From the NCBI GenBank assembly GCA_002633005.1, contig NMRA01000331.1:134542-198541 (forward strand): DNA of 64,000 bases, written 5' to 3'. Positions within the stretch are counted from its first letter, which is position 1; every line of letters begins with the position of its first letter. Source of the stretch: Phoronis australis (taxonomy: Eukaryota > Animalia > Phoronida). Of this stretch, positions 24,591 through 37,283 are shown in pieces. The position numbers and the translations under genes are program-made. The notes under the pieces are model-generated. The model was not told where the DNA came from, ran no database searches, and was given only the letters and a program-made list of their open reading frames with translations.

Positions 24591-27126
24591 CTAAATTTCT
24601 AACAGTTTGGGATAGAAGGCTGATGTAAGTACTAATATAATTACAAAACCTTAATTGTGCTTAAATTATGTAGAGTAGCTATGAACGTTTTTGTGTTTCA
24701 GAAATGTATCAATCTAGTAATTTTGTTCGGATTAAAAATGTGCCACGGCAACAAACTTACTGGCCCAGCGTTCGTCTGTTTGTAATTCAACGTTCTCAAT
24801 TGAGCAGTCCTTCTGGGAAGTATTAAGTGACCCTTAAAAGGCACGTTGAAAGTTGTGTTTGAGGCTTAGGTATAGTGTGAAATGGTCCTTAAAAGAACCG
24901 TTCAATAAATCACTCATATTGAAGCGTTATTGGTTTACCCTAGATTGCGTCAAGGACTCTTTTTGTTAGGAGACTTTTAATAGAGTGACTTCCGGCTAGT
25001 GGATTATAAGCAGAAAATCTTGTATTAAAGTTCCGTGTTTGAATACAACGTTTATAAGACATTACAAGCATTTTTCTTGTCACACATAGTATACCGTGCA
25101 AACTCAAGAACTGGAGGTCCACTTCATACAAGCGTGTGTCCCGGTGACACATCTGAACATCGATCGCTGTTCTCGGCTGATCTGTCCAGACACTAGTGTC
25201 CCTATCAGTAAAGCTTGGATGAAAACAAAGAAGATGGCAATGTCGATGACAGTTGCAGCACCTTAAACTGATGTTGCCGTTCACCAACGTTGTCACGAAC
25301 CCTGACTTGTTCAATTCTGGAGTCCACAACAAATCCTGAACCGCACAAACAGACAGCATAACGAATCAAATTTCGAAGACATCGCCTTCGTACGATTCTG
25401 TGTTGCTATTACTTGACTAAGGTTCATTACCAATGTTCTAGACGAAAACGTCGTGGCAACTGATGGAAAATTGCATACACTCTCTTCATTAGTTTCAATC
25501 CCAACCCATTTTTAAGAAAGAAGTGGCGTGCATTTTGTTGTCCTATGCTTATAGTGCACATAATTTTTTTAACAATGCATTAACCGTGTTGAATGCATTT
25601 AGATGAACAGGAGTCATAGATTTGAACCTAAAATTAATATAATATTAAACTATAATATTTTGAAAATTAATTTATTCTGTAGCAAAATCAGCAGCACTCC
25701 CTTAGAATCAAGCCTGTCCTAGAAAAGCCGTGCGTCCTTCATGTTGGTTATAGGCTCAATCGCATACTGCGGGAAAATGGTAGTCTATGTGCATTGTAGC
25801 AACATTATGTATCTCATTTTTATTTGGAGCAGTCTCTTGGTACACCAAATTTGCTTACTTATGCCCATAAACAGTGGCCCAAAGATGACGTCGTGCGTTT
25901 CCTTTCTAATTAGATCGAGGTCTCGAGCCAGTTAAGCATAGATCCTGAGATAAAGTCGGGAACTCGAGATCCTGGGCCACCGTACCATTCCGATGTGTCC
26001 GCACCTTGAGCCTGCTGGGCTCTGTTATTGGGAGTTGACATAGGAACCGACGTGCTGCTTACTCGAATGGGCATCGTTTTACGAGGTTGCGTTTAGGGAA
26101 CCAAATCAGTAACCTAAAAAGGCCAAACTTAGTGTTTTTGCGCAAGGAACCCTTTCGCTACATTTGTTGTAGGGTTATTGCATTTTTTAGAGATGGCACA
26201 GGACTTTTCAAAAGCGGTCGAAGAATTTTATTTTGTAATAGAATGTTCATTTGAAAGTTTGGAAGTATTAGGACTTAAGACGAGTTGTATTAAACAATCT
26301 TCGTGCCCCTTCATTGTAACTGTTCAGTGTACGCAAAGAAAGTACAAATGGTTAGTTGGCAGTATTTTCATAGTCTACGGTATACTTGAGTAACATGCTT
26401 CAGGGATTTTGACCGGTGAGCATTCCAATTTAAAATGAAACGTCCCGTGGAACATGTAAACTGCTGTTGAAGTGCGAGATAGGTGTTGAGTAGACCTAGT
26501 GGTTAATTCTGAAGTATTAACGTGAGCTTTGTTTAAGACTTTAACGTTTTACGAGCGTTCAAAATTTTTAAACACGGATTTGAGTTCGGCAAAATCGCCG
26601 ATCCTAAATGACCATGATTAGCAGACGGCGTACTTGCCGAAAGAAAGACCTGCATCATATTCAGTAACGATAGGATTTCGCTAAAAAGCAAGACTTCGCG
26701 AGACTACGTGAGATTTTGCTGTGTATTTTGAATAAGATCACGTGACTTTGACTAGATTTTAGATAGGTCCCAGCGTAGGTCCTAGCGCTACTGAACGCAC
26801 TACTGGTATCATACCAGGCGCCGCTAGTGAGACTAGTGACGTCTCGGCTTTTCGTGCGTACGATCACAGATTTCGTCCATTGAAAATATACGGAGTAGGC
26901 TGTTCTTTTACTATAGTCTATGGTGACGTCAAATCGGCATCGGCATTGATTACAGTCAGCTATTAATTTTTTTGTTAAAGATCTTCGCACTGCTGATTAT
27001 ATGACGCCGAAGTTACGAACTTCAAATTAGAATAAATAACGTTAGCAGCTTTAAATCGTTCTGTTAAAGCAATCGAAGAACACCCAAACCATGCACCAAA
27101 CAAGATGGCGCTCTTTTGAGCTTTAA

Positions 27127-28216
27127 AGTGTTCCCACCATGACCCTGTGTCTAAAAAATAATTTTATTAATACATCTTAAAGGATTTAATAGCCTTTAGT
27201 ATACCTGCTGCTCAGAAACAAGACAATTTTTTTAAATATTTTTTAAAAAATTTTTGGGGTTTACGTAATGGGTGAAAGACCGTCTCCGCCGTTGTTTTTC
27301 ACCATTGCAATACTGAGGAGTAGTGAGGAAAGTCTGCGGAGAGCCGCCTTTTCCAGACATGAAAAGATGCGTTTGTAGAGGCTGTAACAGCAAAGTTGAC
27401 TGAGAACGTCTCTGTGTTCAAATTTCCTAAATACGTGAAAGTTGCGCAGAAGTGGCATCGGTTTGTGCGCAGCACGAGTGTGGAATGTCAGTTTGGAACA
27501 TGCGATTCAGTTGAGAGCCACACTTTGTTCGGCACATTTCAAGGAATCGTGTACCAGCAAACACCGCCACCTTGTAAGTGTATTTTCAAATTTTATAAGT
27601 AACGAACAGATTGCGTTCATTCTAGGACGAGTGATGCCAGGCCCCGGCCCAGATCCAGTGCTAAGACACGTACACGTAGGCTTATGCATTGTGTTTACAC
27701 TGTAGGCTCATTCCATCATGGCAATAGTGAATATGAGTGACTCAGGTTTACTGTGGCCTTTGTCAGTGGATGTGTTGTGAAAATTGACCACCCCTTGTTC
27801 AGTTGGTTGTGGCTCACATAAGTCTGCAACATTTCTTGTGCAAGTGGGTCGTGTTCATACGGCCTCAAAGCCGAGGAAAGTTCGCTAAGTGGAAAATCGA
27901 ATTCATTGTCTGATTATTCAGGTAGTTGAGTGTGATGCCAGTATAGACTCTCCTCTTTGCCTACATAATAATTGTCCAGTTCTCGCTAAAAATAGTCCTC
28001 GTCTTCTGATCTGCTGTGTTCCGCCATTGCAATTGATTGTCAAGTGACAAAACATCTTCCGCCCATTACATCACTTGGAAATTATTGATTTTTATTCAAA
28101 ATTAAAAAATTCGGATTATTTGGCATAAAAAGTGCTTATCTAGTTGGGTTTCATGCTAATCATTTCATATTAGATAACTGAAAACTCAAAAACTAAAAAA
28201 TGCATAGTGGGAACTG
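27127..28216 (+). mobile_element. Kolobok-like ~1.1-kb non-autonomous family, copy C
   Basis: TTAA at 27123-27126 and 28217-28220; starts AGTGTTCCCACCATG and ends CATAGTGGGAACTG. Decayed THAP (VFKFPK...KWHRFV...TLCSAHFKESC). Confidence 0.9.
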
Positions 28217-31200
28217 TTAAGTCCAGTCCAATGTATGAAACGTTGCATGGCTACAAGTGTTTGATTGGTTGGAACAATATAAACACTTTCACAAATACTC
28301 CAATAACAAAACATTCTAAGTTAAGCCTTTAATAATGACTAATTTTGAAGATAACTATGTCACATTAACTTGCACAAAATCGATACCGAATTTTACTGGA
28401 GTTGAAGTGCAGTGATACGCTAAACCCAGCATACGCAAGGTCACAAAGGCGCCATTGAATGCGATTGCGCATGACAAGATCGACTCGTCTTAGTGTTATT
28501 GGTTGAGTCTGTAATTTCTCGAACGAACTGCATTAATAGTCAAATTTATCACACTAAAATTTGTAGTTTGCTTTCACATTCAAAGCAAAAACCCTCGGAT
28601 ATTATTAATCTTGAAACCTGAAGGTTTTTGACTCACCGCACATGAAGGCAACTACTTACTAAAGACTTGTCTCAATTCTCTTTGGCAACTTTTTGAACTT
28701 AGGATACTTGCATTTTCTTTGAGTGGGGAGGTTATTTTTTGGTCACGCGACGAGGGTTATGACCATTTACTTCGCGGCCATTATTCCAAGCCCATGTCAA
28801 GACAAGATAATCTGCATATGTCAACCGCTACGTACTTCCTTCAGGGCATTTGTATTGTTACGCTGTAGCGTTACGTTTTCTCCATAACCACTACATTTCT
28901 GCCATTGAAAATTACTGTAAATCTTTGTTTTTTACGGTGAGCGAGCTGATGACGACCGGACGAGGAGGGGTGTATTCGCCAGCCACCGTCGCTGCCTCTA
29001 GTAGGTACTATTTTTTACGTTTTTGGAAACAATTGCTCAAAGTAGAAAAGGTTGACATGCATAGATAATCCCAATGCAAAACCTCTAAGTTAAAACTTCT
29101 TTTATTATGAGCTTAAAACTCTTTTATTCATTAGAGCAATAAAAGCTGGCTATCAGTTTTATAAATGCCGGTTAAAAATTCCGAAACTTACAAAATAGTT
29201 CGGTTTTCATTGTATACCGTAATGCGACAGTAATCTGAGCCCTCGGGCTGGTGAAAAGTTTTACGCATCCAAAACAAACAAGACCCTCTTTTCGTTCGTT
29301 TTGTTGACCATCGTTAAACAAACAGCACGCATTTATACAACGACTATTTTATACAACTGATGTGTCTTAAAGTTGCTTAATCCCTGTTTTTACCATTTCT
29401 GAATAGTTTTGACTTGACACTGTATGCGGTTTTGCGAATTTTCGTATTGAACTCTTTCAACAAACACATTAAGATCATGATTCCATACAAATAATTTGGG
29501 TCCCAGAAACTTTGATTAATCCCCACGTCAAAACCTCAGTCTTAATTCCTGTTTAGTAAAGTAAATGCGAAAATATTACTCCAACTTCTGTTGTAATGAT
29601 CAGTATTGCCATTCTTGGCTCTTCGACTATGACGAATGTCTGTCGACAGCATTGTGTGTATGTGAGGGCACACAAAACGTGTTTCTGAGCGTCTGTCTGT
29701 AAGCGTACATCGACAAGGCAACTGACTGACTCCACACCTGTGAGTTTCTAACCACGCGTTCACCAGTAATTTAGCGATTGTGGAAAACTAGACAGTCACA
29801 GTTACACCCCAGTCACGTTTGCGCACTCATCGAAAGCGACTGGAAGAGTACTCTAGGAGGTGCTTGTAATCCCGTGACTCATATTCAGACTTGTGTGTAT
29901 TTGCCACAGTAACCAGGGAGTTTAGAAGTTATAGAAGAGTTCACTCCGCCATCTTGTCATTCGCCGCAATGGTTATCGGTAAAAAACTAGCGCCCCAAGA
30001 GGCGAATAAGCAACACTAATTTAGCGGCGCAGTCCGAACCTTGTGAACACTTATAAATTCATACTTTAATGACGTTCGACGTGCAATAAAATTACTGTGT
30101 GATTGAAAATGGTTAGAAAACGTGAACTAACATCCACATATAATGAAAATGTGTGTTTCACTCAATATTAAAATGTATTTATTTTTATTCTATTGAAGCT
30201 CCTTTCAAAAGCCGCCATGGTTTTGTTTCGTGTTTGAGTTCTTAACACGGCAATTATCGTTCCTTATAACAGTTCATACCTCCATGGACTACATAATTTG
30301 AATGATTGCTCCTGGGGGTTCAGAGGGGAATTGCCCCCAGGTGACAGCAAAGGGGGTACCAGGTAAAAACCAGGTGGACGCCAAATGGGTGTTGACCCCT
30401 TCCCAGAGAGGTTACATGGAAGGAGTGCTCAACAGGTAAAAAACGAATGGGTATGGGTTAAGCCCCTCCCATCGTCGTCCCCTGACCATTGACAACATGT
30501 TGCTCCCAGCTCACTGCTGGTTTCCTCTCCACCCAACAATTTTGCGTGTGTTCCCTATTCAATGCACCAGGATACTAGCAATACGAACAATGAATTGGTG
30601 CAGTGGGTGTTACACAAGTAAGAAGAAAGCAAGGCAATTCATTATTACCACAAAATTGTAATCCATTCTGATGCACTCTCACATATAATTTTATAACATT
30701 CCATTATTTCTTAGACAAAGCAGTACAGGGTGAACTCGATCCCACTCTCCCACTATAATCACCAACAGTTACAAATCAGTTGCTAATCCATAGAATAGCT
30801 CACAACTTACAAAATGAAGTAACATTGAGTATATCATCACTCATAACTAGTCCAAGTTCAAAATGTCATGATAAAAAATTAAGAGATACTGAACAGCATC
30901 AAAATATTCACTACCCATACAACTTCACGCAAAACTGAATTAAAAAGACTTGGATGATAAGACCAAATTTTAATTTTATATACTCACTGTTCCTATTATC
31001 GGTAACAGTAAATATTTCAGGTAAGTTAAATCCTGACCACGAGATCATATCTGTTGCCTAGCCACAACTGGGGCTTAAATTAATCACAATCTCGAAAAAC
31101 GTACAAAATAGGCAACACATACACCAATACAACAAGAAAATCTGACCAACCTTGTCACTCTCTATTAATTGACTAGTAAACAACAGCTCTTTTCGCCAAA

Positions 31201-31489
31201 GAAATGCGTTATAAATAAAGCTGAAAACTAATTTATCCACAGAGTTGTTTTTCATCGAGAAGCAAAATGATACGGATAGCTTAGGTTTACCCAATTTCAG
31301 CCCTCCATTCATAACCTGGAAGATCCACAAGTTTCACTTTGGCTCTCTCCAAATCACAGGCTAACCATTCATAAAATGTGTCAATCTGGTCAACCTTAGT
31401 AAAAATATGAAAACCAGATTTTGACTAATTGTCCTTTCTACACGTGATGTCCCAGTATTTGCTTTCTAAGACGATAATCAGACATGCAA

Positions 31490-31892
31490 ATAAGATTATT
31501 CCAGAGCCGTAATATACATAATTTCAGAAGAACTTTTTGACATCTTCAATTTTTGGCGGTTTCGGGAATCGAATATTGTTGGCACTGCATTCCATACCAG
31601 CTTGTTCTTCATAACATTCATGAACATGGTCTACTCGAAGTGACGAGAGGAGTGAGGACACTCCCATTCCCCTTAAGACTTGCATCATACGCTGTTGTTA
31701 TTTGTTTTGTTTTGCGGAAACGGATTTTTCGCGAGCCCAAACAGTTTTTTGCTGCCCTCGAAAAGGGCTTTTTCACACACTCTCCCAAAACCCTTACTAG
31801 AGTGGTACGGATGCCGGACGGACGCTGCCAGGACGGACGGACAGAGATGACGACATAATGCGTGCACATATAAATATGTGGGCGCATAAAAA
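31490..31892 (+). mobile_element. Helentron-associated (HINE/DINE-1-like) element, 3' part; left boundary uncertain
   Basis: (GGAC)n tract followed by the hairpin ATGCGTGCACATATAAATATGTGGGCGCAT and an A-run, nearly identical to 41379-41413. Confidence 0.65.
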
Positions 31893-32340
31893 TGACAAAA
31901 TGTGCCTTTCAAGTGAGAGTTTCAAAATTTGAAAAGTTTGTAAATATAGTTTCGTGTGGACTTTTTGTCCGTCTGATAAATTTCCCTACTGATGATTGTG
32001 AGTTTTCTTGGTACTATTGATCATTTTCATTGTCATTTTGCCTCATGGTGGATGTTCTTGAGTGTTGTCCTGCGCAAAACTGAAATAATCATAAAAGAAA
32101 ATGAACGACACTAATATAAAGTTCATGATCGAAGCGTTTAGTCTCGTGACGCAATATTCACGATATTTTCTTACTAATTAGGCTCAGTTCAACCTCTCTT
32201 CGCACCTACGTATTGATGTTCACGAAACGGGACTGTCATGCTTTTGTTTCGCGGAAGTAATGAAATTTCAATATGCAAACAATTTGTTAGATATCAGTAG
32301 ATAGCAATTTGCTATGAAGAGCTCAATTAATTTTGTCAAA

Positions 32341-32821
32341 GAAGTATTGAGTATGTCGCCGATACTATTTGAAGTGTTGAGTTTGTCGCCGCTACTATGT
32401 GAAGTAGTGAGTACGTCTCCGTTACTATGTGAAGTATTGAGTTCGTCGTCGCTACTATGTGAAGTATTGAGTACGTCTCCGTTACTATGTGCAGTATTGA
32501 GTTCGTCGCCGCTACTATGTGAAGTATTGAGTACGTCTCCGTTACTATGTGAAGTATTGAGTTCATCGTCGCTACTATGTGAAGTATTGAAGTACGTCTC
32601 CGTTACTATGTGAAGTATTGAGTTCGTCGCCGCTACTATGTGAAGTACTGAGTACGTCTCCGTTACTATGTGAAGTATTGAGTTCGTCTTCGCTACTATG
32701 TGACGTATTGAGTACGTCTCCGTTACTATGTGAAGTATTGAGTTCGTCGCCGCTACTATGTGAAGTATTGAGTTCGTCGCCGCTGCTATGTGAAGTATTG
32801 AGTTCGTCGCCGCCACTATGT
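32341..32821. repeat. 30-bp minisatellite, 16 units, with partial 60-bp higher-order period
   Basis: Units GAAGTATTGAGTACGTCTCCGTTACTATGT and GAAGTATTGAGTTCGTCGCCGCTACTATGT alternate through the middle of the array; one 1-bp insertion near 32591. Confidence 0.97.
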
Positions 32822-33130
32822 ACACACATGGCACAACGAACGCTAAAGCAACTTTACTAATAAAAAATGCGTTGACATTTGATTAAACTTCTGCTGTAGT
32901 GCTGTAGGTCTTAGTTTGCAAAGTTTCAGCGAAATCCACCCAGTCGTTTTTGAAAACTCGTGTTCCTAAGTTCAAATTAAGTCGATTTGCCGAAACCGAG
33001 AAACAGACGATTATGTGGCGAGACGTGAAAATCTCAAGGTTTATTATTCGGTGAAAAAAAATTGGTCAATATAACCAATACACCCCGTAGCCACCTTCAT
33101 TATTTCAACATTCACGCGCAATGTCATCTG

Positions 33131-34300
33131 AATAGGCCTTTTGCGAGTTTATAACAATAACGCGAGATTATGTGAGACTTAACTGTGACGTAACGGGAAG
33201 TGGGGCAAAAGCTTGTCGTTTGGTCATTTGCTCAATACGGTAGCAGAGTGTATTCTGTTATTGTGTTCGAGTTTTTAGCCGTTTAGTTCGAAAAATGTCC
33301 AAGAGCATTGCTGTTATGGCAAATGAACTTCAGATTCGCACTACAATACGTTCTATCGCGTTCTGTACTAATTTCGTCCCGTGTATTTTAAACGGGCGGT
33401 AGGCGAAATCCGCTCACTGATAAAGTTTTCACCTCGTCGAAAATACATTATACACCTAAAATTAGCACCTAAAAGTCCCTTACTTTCTTCAGTGACTCTT
33501 TCTGCTTCTAAACATATCTTCGATGAAGCATATATACGGGAATTCAGGTGACTTAGGCGAAGAATTCCAACTCCACTTTGTGGTTACTGTCAGTAACTTT
33601 GTCCGCGCGCCCGATTACCACAATCAAGTATTTCAGCTGAGTCAGGTGAGTATGAGGCAAAGGCTAGCGCGAGACTGAGCGAAGCGCGAGATCTGGCGCG
33701 TGACACTTGCAAAATAGCATGAGAAAATATCAAGTGAAATTTGTAAGGGTTATGTCCCTTGGACTTTTTGTTCGTCAACAGGCGTGATTTCACGTAACTT
33801 CCTCAAAATGGCGGCTCTTTAGTGAGAGAATTTCGAGAGAACCGCGAGGTTTTCATGAATATGCTCAAGTTATTTGTAGACTAAATTGTGTCCAGAGTCA
33901 GGGTATGTGTTAATTATAACTTCACGTGCACATATGCATGTTTCATTTGATTTTATTTGCTGTATTTTGAAGTGAATATCTTTTTATGGGGATACACTAT
34001 CGCCTCTGTATGCCTGCGCCATTCAGGCTTAGAGCGGGTTAAGTTCCAATTTCAGTCCGTTCACAGCTTCGCACAACATAACAAGGTCACATTTTCTTTG
34101 TCTATTCACAGTTATTCCACGACCCATCTACCATACCTTAAGTTGTTTTAACGTTTTAAGCGTAAAATTCACCATAAGAACTCCAGTAAGTTTTAGCGTG
34201 TGTAGCAAAGACTCGGGGCATAACAAGAGCAATATGGCGGGTTTTGCCCCCTTTCCGGTGACGTCACAGTCACTAGCGAGAAACTCGCAAGTGAGCTATT
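33131..34300. mobile_element. TIR non-autonomous element with AATAG...CTATT ends (possibly ISL2EU-like; superfamily uncertain)
   Basis: Left AATAGGCCTTTTGCGAGTTT...ACTGTGACGTAACGGGAAGTGGGGCAAAA; the right end reverse-complemented reads AATAGCTCACTTGCGAGTTT...ACTGTGACGTCACCGGAAAGGGGGCAAAA. Confidence 0.65.
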
Positions 34301-36244
34301 TGCAGTGCATAATTAACTTAATTATCACAATAATGTTTTAATTTAAACCAAGTCTATCTGGTCACGAGCGGAGCCAGCATATTACGTGGGTCAAGCTGGT
34401 GCATTGCGGCCCTCTTTAAAGTACTTCTCTCACGCGTTGTTAACCCTTATTACATGGTTAGAGGATGTTATAAGGATCCAAGGAGTACTTACCCCATAAC
34501 TAATACACAATCCGTACTCGAAAAAGTTTAAATGAACGCGCCACTCACGATTCGCACCCGAAGAACGACCGCCATTTTGAACTTGCCGCGAACCCGGAAG
34601 TACAATTCATTCAGGAACCCAGGCTGAGAAAACGCCGTCAGTGCGACTGTAGCAGTGCCTGTACTGTTACCAGCCAGCAAACGGGGATAAAATAATCGAC
34701 AGCGCGCCTTAATTTTTATAAAATCAAACTACGGACAATTTTATCGAATTTGCTGAAGAAATGTGGCGAATAAATTTTGACAGAAATTATTTTGTCAGAC
34801 TCGGGACCGCAGCCTATCGGACCCAGTGCGGATCGAGACCAGACACTGGCGAATGGTAAATGCATGCGGTTGCAAGCTGTTTTGTAGAAGTAAAGTGGTC
34901 AAATCATAAATGCTGCATATATTCAAGGGTAGTTTCAGACACTTGCATGAAATTACGGGCACAAAAAACACGAAAATTGAACAAAGTTTCTTTTTTGTAG
35001 CAACATTTGTCAAAATGTATCAACGATAAATCTTGACAAATTACAAAGTAGCCGATTGAACATGCCTTTCAGTTCAGCAAAAGTCGCCATGTTGTCGGTG
35101 CCGCCAGAAATGAGACGAAGTCCAACGGGAATTGTGAGCACACTTATCACTTAATGAGTAACAACTGCGAGGCTGAAATTTGGTGAACACTGTTAAATCG
35201 TTCAGAATAGTAAGTAAAGATATGTTTAATTAAATTTCACCGTAATTTGTTGGCGAAAACAATTTACACAAAGTTTTAAACTCGTAACTTATCCCATTGT
35301 CCTCCAATATGGCCGACGCGATCCAAACAAAGTGACCCCGAAATTTCGCCACAAAACTTGCAATAACTTTACACTGCTTGCCCCGATTTTGATACTTTTT
35401 CGATTTTTACTGAGTACAATGTACTACCTTTCCGATGATAGCAAAGTACTTTTTCAAAACGAGAAAAAAAAATAAAACCGAAAAAAATTGGTTCGAACCA
35501 TATTGGTTCCTAGGTTCGACCGGCCTACGTAAGGAACTAAACACCAATGCTATTTTAAAATACTAAGTACGCGTAACATTCCAAAAAAATCAACGACCAC
35601 TAACTACAAACTATAAATACACTACATATGCAAACGAATCACGAGATATTACTGATGAAACGAAATAATGAAGACTTTTCGAGCAAGCGATAGCTCAATC
35701 AGTTACAAGGAAAAAATGGCGGCGTTCAGGACTAATTCCTGAACTGATGAGCCGGAAATGTGGGTACGGAAATAACCGATGACAGCCGCTAATTATACGC
35801 TCACAGAGAAGGGTCAAATAGTGTTAAAAAATCGCTTTTGGCAAGAAAGGCGAAAAGAATATAAAGAAAGGGTGTCGAAAATAAGATTTTCTGTAGTAAG
35901 TATTTTCGGATACTGGAACCACATGGGCAGTTTGAGAGAAGGACTTTAAAGTAGGTTAACAGTTCAATGCGCTGGGAGACTGATATGAAAACCAAGTACC
36001 TAATGGATACAGAAATTGGGTTGGTGGCTAAAGCACGTCTTGAGCATCGGATCGAAACAGCGAAATGTCAAATTACCCGAATTAAGAAATTTGGGTGAGG
36101 ATTTGTCTCTTTTTACAACTTGCTGGTCTCAAGGAATAACGAAACCCCATGACTTTCTAAAACCGCTCTGAGGTGGTGGCGTGTTACAACTATTATTAAA
36201 ATCTCTTGGTCTATTTACACCGACCTCTTGTCTATTTACATTGT

Positions 36245-36286
36245 CACGACGTTTCGGTCGGTCTGTTCTCCGGCCATCGTCAGGTG
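36245..36286 (-). ncRNA. Penelope-type minimal hammerhead ribozyme motif
   Basis: Minus strand: CAC-CTGACGA-T-GGCCGG-AGAACAGA-CCGACC-GAAAC-GTC-GTG. Both conserved core boxes are present, stem II is 5/6 paired, the cleavage triplet is GUC and stem I is 3 bp. Confidence 0.6.
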
Positions 36287-37283
36287 TTCCCGCGTTCTTA
36301 GAAGAACGAGCACGAATATGTGGTACACTCATAGTGTGATTGTTTGTCCGAGGCAGGATTTGAACCCACGACTTGGTTTGTTGTTTTTTATTGTAGTTTA
36401 GTTCGAAAATTTCCGATATAGCAACACTAAAATTAATTCCCACAAAGGTGAAGAGTGGAGAGCAAGGTTTCGGGTAATGATAGACTTTCACCCTGGAATT
36501 CTTGATGAACAAATCCACGTGCATTTTATTCTCCTTACCCTTTAATCTAAGAAAATGATATAAGAAATGAAAAGATTATGATGTAGCAATGCACATATAC
36601 CTAACATCTTATGCGCCATGAGAAGAGGATCTCTCTGATTTTAGGGAAGTTTGACCTTTGCCCTCTGACGAGCTTGGCGCCAGAAGCCCCGACACCGGCG
36701 CTGGACACCAAACAGAAATGACAGCAATACGCACCATCACTAATGTGACTGCATAAAAAACTAAAATTGACACTAGGGGGTGCATCGATTGACGGATTCG
36801 TCCAAAAATTCGCTCTTGTCGTTGATGATCATTCGCCGTCTAGGTGTGTTTGGAAATACCACAGTACAATAGTGGCAGTCGCTCCCGTTCAATGGGTGAT
36901 TCTCAGTGAGTGGCAAATTGTACGTAAACGTGAACCAAACAAGGACAGTTGCGAGTTAAGGACAACTATGAACCGTACAGGGGATAAAGGTAACAAAAAT
37001 ATTTAAATCTCAGCCTACAATTAGTGAAGCTATATGAAGCATGCCGACCTCCCCAGCTCCACGTGATCAAGGTGAGATCTCTGAACTCATATTGAAACAA
37101 ATCCGAGATGTAAAGTTTGTACAAGGTGGGCTCAGAAAAATGTTTGAATCCAAATTGAATAAATTACGCAATGGGATTACAAATTCTATTGATATCAAGC
37201 TAAAATCCTTCAAGGCAGATATTGATTTGGATTTTGCACGCCTCAAGAACCGTGTCAGAGCGTTGGAAAAGGATTACCCGCAT

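Noticed and set aside
32268-32860. Repetitive ORFs (188, 99, 84, 80 aa) and a CRISPR-like look
   Set aside because: They are translations of a 30-bp minisatellite. There are no unique spacers and no cas genes, and the context is eukaryotic.
34400-35545. Possible Helentron-like element ending in a GTTCCT...AGGAAC hairpin at ~35506-35540
   Set aside because: The other end could not be defined and there is no second copy in the window.
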